DNA from: an uncultured Candidatus Saccharibacteria bacterium
GTDB lineage: Bacteria > Patescibacteriota > WWE3 > 2-01-FULL-39-13
Reading direction: 5' to 3'
DNA length: 64,000 nucleotides
Assembly: GCA_965230915.1 (NCBI GenBank)
Contig: OZ246395.1
Coordinates: 664,935 to 728,934 of the forward strand
Position numbers and translations under genes: made by a program. Each line of letters starts with the position of its first letter. Within the stretch, counting starts at the first letter, position 1. The notes beneath the pieces were generated by a model. It was given only the letters and a program-made list of their open reading frames with translations, did no database searches and was not told the DNA's origin. This document shows, one piece after another, positions 58,193 through 64,000 of the stretch.

Positions 58193-59953
58193 CTATTCGC
58201 GGGTACCTACTTTGTAGACTGTTGGCCATGCGCGGTAATTTGATTTAAAAGTATCATCGGAAACTACTTGACCTTCTTTTTTAACAATTCTGCCGAACGA
58301 AACCGATGCTCCCCAAACTGAATGCTCGACTTGTTTTGTTTGTCCTTTTGCCAATGTTGGATCATCCTCATAAATAGTTGCAGGTGGAGGTGTTTGAGAT
58401 AAAATCTTTGGCTTAGAGATTTCTACTTCGCGGCCATCTTTTGTTCCATAAATTCTAAAAGCTAAAGCTGAATTTTTCTCATCAAATTCAGATGTAATTA
58501 AAATATACCCGGGTGTATTATTCAAAAATTTCATATCAACACTTGGGCTATAAATCGCGGCATCGATTCCGGGAGGTGAGTCCTGTTCATAATAACCAAC
58601 ACGATAAGCATGAGGATTTCTTTCAGTAATTGGCAGGCCAGCATTTAGAGCAGCCCTAAATAATGTGGTTGAAACCTGGCAAACTCCTCCGCCATCGCCT
58701 AAAACTGTACGACCAGCACTTATAACGTAAGCACTTGTGTAGCCAGTTTTTCTGGAAATTTCTCCCACGGCTTCTACGAATGAAAACTCTTCACCTGGTG
58801 GAACCAAAGTTCCACTAACTCTCGAAGACGCTAAACCAATATTAAAAACGCGTCCGGGAATCGAGCCTTTAAATGTGGATGTCCCAGTTGCTATCAATTC
58901 TCTAATTCCAAATTCATTTTCGGTTTCAGGCGCAGTAGCAACCTGAACTAAAACTGGAATTTCTTTGGTTTTGGCTAAAATATCTTTTTTTACTTCTTCA
59001 GAAGTTTCTTTTATTTTCAGGCGCAAACCATCTTCAGAAGATACAAATTTAACAGCCTTACCATTTTCGACTTCCAAAACCTGTCCCCGCGGATTTCTAT
59101 CAAGCTCTGAAACAATTGATGAAAGCTTTTTGATAACTTCTAAATCATTAACACGCAAACTAACTTCACCAGCATCATTTTTTACAACGTCAAAAAGCGC
59201 TGCCATTTCAGGCTTTGTGAAAGCCCATTCTTTATTTTCATATTTTAATGTATACCCAACATCAATATGCGACTCCAATTCACCTTTTACTTTTTCTAGA
59301 TCTGCGACTGTAAGTTTTGGATTCACATCAACTAGAGGCTCATCTATTTGAGAATAGTTTTCACTTTCAAATGCGCTTAAAACTCTGTTTTTAATAGACT
59401 CATCTTCGAAAGACCTTCCAGTCGTACCCTCGATGATTACAACTTCATCATCGGCTATTTCAAAATGAGTTTCCTGAGCAAGTAAACCAGCTTCCTTTTT
59501 TATATTGGTTATTGCGATATCTAGCTTCGCTTCATCATATTTATATGAAGGCTTGATATCTATAGATTTAAAGATTGCGGTAAATTTGCTTTTTAATGAT
59601 TGTAGAAAATTAGTCTCGCGTCCGATTTCAAATGCATTTGAAGTAGTTTCAACATCAAGATATTCAAACCCAATATCTTGATATGATAGATCCTTTTCGT
59701 AACCTTGATCGATTTTCACTTTTACAGATCCATCTTTTGGAAATTCATTTTTAATTTTTTCGATTGATTGTTGAGCTGTAAGACCGCTAAAATCACGCCC
59801 ATTTACAGTGATTTTCCACAAAATTTTGTTGGCATAGTATATGTGATATCCAATAAACCCAATAATTAATAGAAAGTAGATCGAATATAAAACATAGCTT
59901 ATAGGACTTCTTGCCTTATCTCGTTTATTTTTTTTATGCTTAACTGTAGGCAT
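58193..59953 (-). CDS. VanW-family protein (membrane-anchored, with N-terminal PG-binding-like region)
   Basis: 586 aa. N-terminal TM helix. C-terminal 'YVISAGRTVLGDGGGVCQVSTTLFRAALNAGLPITERNPHAY' is the VanW signature. Confidence 0.75.
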   Translation of the reverse strand: MPTVKHKKNKRDKARSPISYVLYSIYFLLIIGFIGYHIYYANKILWKITVNGRDFSGLTAQQSIEKIKNEFPKDGSVKVKIDQGYEKDLSYQDIGFEYLDVETTSNAFEIGRETNFLQSLKSKFTAIFKSIDIKPSYKYDEAKLDIAITNIKKEAGLLAQETHFEIADDEVVIIEGTTGRSFEDESIKNRVLSAFESENYSQIDEPLVDVNPKLTVADLEKVKGELESHIDVGYTLKYENKEWAFTKPEMAALFDVVKNDAGEVSLRVNDLEVIKKLSSIVSELDRNPRGQVLEVENGKAVKFVSSEDGLRLKIKETSEEVKKDILAKTKEIPVLVQVATAPETENEFGIRELIATGTSTFKGSIPGRVFNIGLASSRVSGTLVPPGEEFSFVEAVGEISRKTGYTSAYVISAGRTVLGDGGGVCQVSTTLFRAALNAGLPITERNPHAYRVGYYEQDSPPGIDAAIYSPSVDMKFLNNTPGYILITSEFDEKNSALAFRIYGTKDGREVEISKPKILSQTPPPATIYEDDPTLAKGQTKQVEHSVWGASVSFGRIVKKEGQVVSDDTFKSNYRAWPTVYKVGTRE

Positions 59954-59963
59954 GCTTATTATT

Positions 59964-60314
59964 TTAGCTGAACTTTAAGTATTTTTGTACATTCTGCTTA
60001 ATCCACTTATGGTGAACTTTATAGTCTTGATCCATTTCCTGGACTGCCGACCAGAAACTACGACTGTGGTTATGATGCCTGAGATGAGCGACTTCGTGCT
60101 TTACAACGTATTCCATATATTTTTGAGGAAACTTAACAATCTGCCAATTAAAATTCAAATTACCATATGTAGAACAGCTACCAAGCCTTGTTCTAGTATT
60201 TTTTATAGCAATACGATTGTACTTATAACCGAATTGCTCGCAGATTCTATCTACTGACTCTGTGATTATAGCTCTCGCCTGCTCTCTTTTTTGCTTTTCT
60301 ACCTTTGTTATCAT
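59964..60314 (-). CDS. YgjP-like (DUF45/M48-type) metal-dependent hydrolase, short form
   Basis: 116 aa. 'RLGSCSTYGNLNFNWQIV...EYVVKHEVAHLRHHNHSRSFWSAV' matches the WGSC...HELAHL..NHS..FW core. Lacks the usual N-terminal ~100 aa. Confidence 0.6.
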   Translation of the reverse strand: MITKVEKQKREQARAIITESVDRICEQFGYKYNRIAIKNTRTRLGSCSTYGNLNFNWQIVKFPQKYMEYVVKHEVAHLRHHNHSRSFWSAVQEMDQDYKVHHKWIKQNVQKYLKFS

Positions 60315-60333
60315 AAATGTCCATAAAACGAGA

Positions 60334-60371
60334 AAGCGCCGCTCTATATATTAATTATAGAAGCGGCGCTT
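60334..60371 (-). terminator. GC-rich 10-bp inverted repeat (AAGCGCCGCT...AGCGGCGCTT), probable intrinsic terminator of the DsbA-like gene
   Basis: Seen directly. Perfect 10-bp arms with an 18-nt AT loop, followed on the minus strand by TCTCGTTTTAT. Confidence 0.4.
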
Positions 60372-60375
60372 AGAG

Positions 60376-60409
60376 AAAAAGAGGTCTTACAGATCTCTTT
60401 TTGATTTTT
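60376..60409 (+). terminator. Hairpin AAAAAGAG-N11-CTCTTTTT followed by GATTTTT (terminator-like on plus strand; bidirectional pair with the previous element)
   Basis: Seen directly in the 97-nt intergenic region. Confidence 0.3.
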
Positions 60410-60411
60410 AA

Positions 60412-61227
60412 TTAAAGGCCCTCACCATTGGCTTTTGTTCTTGAGAAATATTCATCATGAAACTTAAAGTAAGCTTCATCTCCACCTATTTCTCTTGCAC
60501 AGTTTGCAGCAACTGCAGCTTGTGTAGCAACAGGATCGTGGAAAGACAATGGTAAGTCTCTAAAGACCAACTTCACCTTGCCAGTATCAATAAACTCTGA
60601 TTTTAGCTGAGGATAAGTCGTATTAAAATGTCTTTGGCAAAATGGACATTCATAGTCACTAAACTCAATAATTGTTATAGGTGCGTTTGGGTCTCCTTCA
60701 ATTGCGTCATCATCCATGGAAACCTGAGCTGATATTTCAGCTAAAGCTTTAGGCAGATTTCCTTCTTGGTCTGGACCAATAGCCTCTATAACTTTTTGAT
60801 CATTCCCTTCATTCAAGCCTTCAATAACTCCTCTAAATGTTTCGATTGGGTAAGCGCCAGGGATTCTAACTCCATTTATTGGGCCATTTGAGCTTTTACC
60901 TACAAAAAATGCTGGAGTTCCGTTTGCGCCAATTGCCGCAGCGTCAGCAGAATCTTTTTTAATTTCAGCTGTATCGAATTTATCCATACAGGCCGTAAAT
61001 TTTTTTGAATCTAATTGTAATGTAGAAGCTAAATCTATATATTTTTGATATTTGGATCCTAAACTATTTGCCGGAGTTGATGTAGAACCTTTCGTTCCCA
61101 TTATTCCATTTGAATATAGAACTGCTCCTGCAATGATTACCCCCGCGATAACAATTGCAATTGGAGTTGCAAGTGAAGCCATTGTAGAAGAACTTGAAGC
61201 TTGAGTTTTTTCTGATTTTTCTGCCAT
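60412..61227 (-). CDS. DsbA-family thiol:disulfide oxidoreductase, membrane-anchored
   Basis: 271 aa. N-terminal TM helix. Thioredoxin-fold active site 'CPFC' ('FSDYECPFCQRH'). Confidence 0.75.
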   Translation of the reverse strand: MAEKSEKTQASSSSTMASLATPIAIVIAGVIIAGAVLYSNGIMGTKGSTSTPANSLGSKYQKYIDLASTLQLDSKKFTACMDKFDTAEIKKDSADAAAIGANGTPAFFVGKSSNGPINGVRIPGAYPIETFRGVIEGLNEGNDQKVIEAIGPDQEGNLPKALAEISAQVSMDDDAIEGDPNAPITIIEFSDYECPFCQRHFNTTYPQLKSEFIDTGKVKLVFRDLPLSFHDPVATQAAVAANCAREIGGDEAYFKFHDEYFSRTKANGEGL

Positions 61228-61323
61228 ATTTTTATAACTAAATTATTGAGCCTAGCATAAGCTTTAGGCTAACTAAACATATCATGGATTATGCATAATT
61301 TGTACACTCAGCGCAAGCAAAAG

Positions 61324-62847
61324 CTATTTTAAAGCTTTACTTAAGGAAGCCAATGTACTATCTCTTCCTAGTAAGTAGATCGATTCAAAAAGAGGTGGCG
61401 AAACTTTACTTGCAGCAATAGCCACTCTTATTGGTGCAAAAACTTCGCCAATCTTCCATTGTAATTCATCAGCCTTATTCTTTACTTTTAATTCAAGTTC
61501 TTTTATATCTGCCAAATCCCACTTAACAGTTTCAATTTCCTTATAAAACCAAGTTAGGTGATCTCTTATCTCACTTTCTGACCGATTGCCTTTTAATAAG
61601 TCGGCATCGAAATCCAGATCATATAAGAAAAATTTATTAATAGGTAAAAGATCTTCGAATTTCTTAATACGTTCTTTATTTATTTCTACAAATAACAACT
61701 GATCTTCGAGGCTTAAACCACTTAAAAAGTTCGCCAATTTTTCATAGTCTGATTCAGTCCAGTGTGACTCATATACAGCAGCCCCTTTATATTCACCTTC
61801 TATACAGAATCCCAGCCATGCATTTAATTTATCCAATAGTTCTTCATTAGGTAAAGCCTGTATATATTGCCCATTCATCCATTCTAATTTTGTTAAATCG
61901 AATTTCGGGCTAACCGCTGATAAATCTTTTAAGTCAAAAACTTTTACAAATTCTTCAAATGAAAAAATCTCCTTTTCTTCCGGGTGACTCCAACCTAAAA
62001 GTGAAATGAAGTTTATTACTGCTTCGGGTAGAATTCCGCGCTTCTTATACCAATCTACGCTTGAATGGCCGTTTCGCTTCGATAATTTTGATCCATCCAT
62101 ATTAGTGATCATTGGAGTATGCACGAACTCGGGCATTTTCCAACCAAAATAGTCATACAATAATTTATGCTTTGGAAACGACGTGATCCATTCCGGGCCA
62201 CGAACAACATGAGTGATTTCCATTAAAATATCATCTACTACAACTGCTAAATGATAGGTTGGAAATCCGTCTGATTTTATAATTACCTGATCGTCCACTA
62301 AATTTGAGTCGAATTCAATTTCGCCACGAACCAAATCTTTTACTTTTATTATTTCATTTTCCGGAACTTTCATTCTGATTACATATTCATTGCCTGCATC
62401 AATTTTTTCCTGAACCTCTTCTTTCGACAAATTTCGGCAATGTTTATCGTACATAGGAGTTTTTCCAGCTTTTTGCTGCTCCTCGCGCACCTGTTCCAGA
62501 CGTTCTTTTGAACAAAAACAATAGTATGCATGGCCTTTTTCTAAAAGCTCATTTGCGTATTTCTTATATAAATCTAAACGATCTGACTGACGATAAGGTC
62601 CAAAATCTCCACCATGAATAGTTGATTCATCTGGTGTCAAATTAAACCAATCAAAAGCCTTATACAATGCTTCTTCCGCATCGATAACTAATCGAGTCTG
62701 GTCAGTATCTTCAATACGAAGAATAAATTTACCATTATGTTTTAACGCATAAGCTTTATCAAAAAGACCTTGATAAATAGTTCCAATGTGGGGATATCCT
62801 GTTGGGCTTGGTGCAATTCTAGTGCGTACTTGGTGACTCATAAGCAC
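61324..62847 (-). CDS. gltX: Glutamyl-tRNA synthetase
   Basis: 507 aa. Class I 'HIGT' (HIGH) motif 'RIAPSPTGYPHIGT' and 'KLSKRNG' (KMSKS). Confidence 0.9.
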   Translation of the reverse strand: MLMSHQVRTRIAPSPTGYPHIGTIYQGLFDKAYALKHNGKFILRIEDTDQTRLVIDAEEALYKAFDWFNLTPDESTIHGGDFGPYRQSDRLDLYKKYANELLEKGHAYYCFCSKERLEQVREEQQKAGKTPMYDKHCRNLSKEEVQEKIDAGNEYVIRMKVPENEIIKVKDLVRGEIEFDSNLVDDQVIIKSDGFPTYHLAVVVDDILMEITHVVRGPEWITSFPKHKLLYDYFGWKMPEFVHTPMITNMDGSKLSKRNGHSSVDWYKKRGILPEAVINFISLLGWSHPEEKEIFSFEEFVKVFDLKDLSAVSPKFDLTKLEWMNGQYIQALPNEELLDKLNAWLGFCIEGEYKGAAVYESHWTESDYEKLANFLSGLSLEDQLLFVEINKERIKKFEDLLPINKFFLYDLDFDADLLKGNRSESEIRDHLTWFYKEIETVKWDLADIKELELKVKNKADELQWKIGEVFAPIRVAIAASKVSPPLFESIYLLGRDSTLASLSKALK

Positions 62848-62848
62848 A

Positions 62849-62877
62849 TTGATTATACCTTCTCGCGTCGATATACT
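62849..62877 (+). promoter_or_regulatory. Sigma70-like promoter TTGATT-17-TATACT, 10 nt upstream of the ATG at 62888
   Basis: Seen directly. Spacing implies a leader of only a few nucleotides. Confidence 0.35.
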
Positions 62878-62887
62878 GAAGACATAT

Positions 62888-64000
62888 ATGAATTTAGCCG
62901 AAACGCAGGCAACGCTTAAACGCGGACTTGTTATTGTTGCCCTTCTAACATTCGTTTTCTACACAGGAAGATTCCTTATAGTACAAGGCATAAATGTTTA
63001 TAGAAAAGTAAATCCTCCACGATTGCCGGCTCCTGAATCAAGATTCGGAATATTGCCTCAAGTTACAATGACTAAAGTTGGAATAGTCGGAACACCTCAA
63101 TATGTATTAGATACAAACAATGGATCACTTCCATCCTTTCCCGATCGCATATCGGTTTATCCTATTCTTGAACCTCAGCCGACTCTGCTTTCAGAGCAAA
63201 AGGTCAAACAACTTGCAACAGATTTACAATTTACCGGCGCATCAAGCAAATTATCCAATTCACTTTTTAGATGGGTAGATGGAACAAATACACGAACATT
63301 TCAGGCCGATGCAGTAAGTAAAAATTTTAAACTTGAAACTCCACCTTTTAGAATAAGCAATATCGTTGCTAGCACTGCCTCTATAACCGAAGAAGATGCT
63401 ATTGCAAGCGTAGAAGGATTTTTAAGGTCTAAAGCATTAGTCAAGCAAAGTGATATGGAAAACTTAACTTACAAGACGATTCCTACACAGGTAAGCCTCG
63501 GTCAAATCAGAGAATCCAAATCATTAACCGGCGGAACAAAACTACTAAAAGTAGATGCGTATGTTGAAGTTCCTGGTAAGAAGCTAAGGGCGAGTGATCC
63601 CGATGTTAAATATAAGATTCTTGGACCAAACCCAAAAGATGCATTAATTAGCTTTACAACAACCAACAGCCCTAATATTGCATTTAAATATCCAATAGCT
63701 AACTTCATTTACTGGGAACCAGACTACGAAGCTGGATCAGACTACTATCTCTCACCTATTCAAGATGTATGGGCAGCTGTACAAAGCGGAAAAGGGATTA
63801 TTTCATACATCCGTACCAAAGGCGGAGATTATTATGTTCCGATAGAAAATTTAAACGTAAGCAGAATTGAGATTAGAGATATTTATTTAGCATATTTTAT
63901 GCAGCCCGAATATAAAGATGCTCTTCCTAGTGATCCAAAATATATTTCATTCCTTCAACCAATTTATGTATTTGAAGGCCAAGCTACTACACTAAGCGAT
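62888..64000 (+). CDS. 3'-partial membrane-anchored protein of unknown function (runs off window end)
   Basis: Own translation gives ATG at 62888 with an open frame of 371 codons to the window end: MNLAETQATLKRGLVIVALLTFVFYTGRF... One N-terminal TM helix then a soluble domain. Absent from the ORF track because no stop falls within the window. Confidence 0.5.
   Translation, partial: MNLAETQATLKRGLVIVALLTFVFYTGRFLIVQGINVYRKVNPPRLPAPESRFGILPQVTMTKVGIVGTPQYVLDTNNGSLPSFPDRISVYPILEPQPTLLSEQKVKQLATDLQFTGASSKLSNSLFRWVDGTNTRTFQADAVSKNFKLETPPFRISNIVASTASITEEDAIASVEGFLRSKALVKQSDMENLTYKTIPTQVSLGQIRESKSLTGGTKLLKVDAYVEVPGKKLRASDPDVKYKILGPNPKDALISFTTTNSPNIAFKYPIANFIYWEPDYEAGSDYYLSPIQDVWAAVQSGKGIISYIRTKGGDYYVPIENLNVSRIEIRDIYLAYFMQPEYKDALPSDPKYISFLQPIYVFEGQATTLSD

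Noticed and set aside
1-64000. Search for CRISPR arrays, rRNA genes, insertion sequences, integrases or phage genes
   Set aside because: No regularly spaced direct repeats, no rRNA-like conserved stretches, and no transposase, integrase or reverse-transcriptase-like ORFs were seen. The window looks like stable chromosomal sequence.

Overview
This 64 kb window is AT-rich (about one-third GC), densely packed and mostly minus-strand coding. Gene content and architecture suggest a small-genome Terrabacteria/CPR-like (Patescibacteria-type) bacterium, but that is an inference. No rRNA, CRISPR array, transposase, integrase or reverse transcriptase was recognised.

The window has three parts.

(1) Positions 1-24.7 kb hold a large surface-glycosylation locus. 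It contains at least eight paralogous polytopic GT-C-type (ArnT/PMT-like) membrane glycosyltransferases, one of them cut by the window start. With them are a Wzx-type flippase, a DUF2079-type membrane protein and three GT2 polyprenyl-phosphate-sugar synthases (one fused to a GtrA-like domain). Two GT4 enzymes, UDP-glucose 6-dehydrogenase, UDP-glucose 4-epimerase and an M3 oligoendopeptidase F complete the block.

(2) Positions 25-41 kb contain a CAP-domain protein and an FtsE-FtsX-coiled-coil M23 hydrolase module in which the M23 domain looks circularly permuted. Upstream lie prfB (RF2, no frameshift) and a membrane-anchored double-AAA+ Clp/Hsp100-like ATPase that lacks an M-domain and a ClpP loop. 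Further along are a GalT/HIT-like protein and a SUF Fe-S assembly operon (ArsR-type regulator, sufCBD(short)SU) extended by DUF1858-ferredoxin-FNR-like genes.

(3) Positions 41-64 kb hold housekeeping genes: an M16 peptidase, pyrD, secA, uppP plus a PAP2 phosphatase, serS, an HD hydrolase and lysS. Two tandem paralogous ~450-aa proteins of unknown function carrying an HExxE-x5-KY motif follow. Then come tandem greA paralogues (one with the catalytic Asp replaced by Asn), tRNA-Glu(CUC), tgt, an unknown two-gene pair, a VanW protein, a YgjP-like hydrolase, a DsbA-like protein, gltX and a 3'-partial membrane protein.

The most novel-looking items are the GT-C paralogue factory, the permuted-M23 FtsEX partner, the membrane-tethered Clp-like ATPase, the tandem unknown HExxE proteins, and a small GC-rich patch with a strongly SD-preceded 30-aa ORF upstream of the suf regulator. 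Several genes also show TATAAT-like boxes only 6-10 nt before the start codon, which suggests leaderless transcripts.
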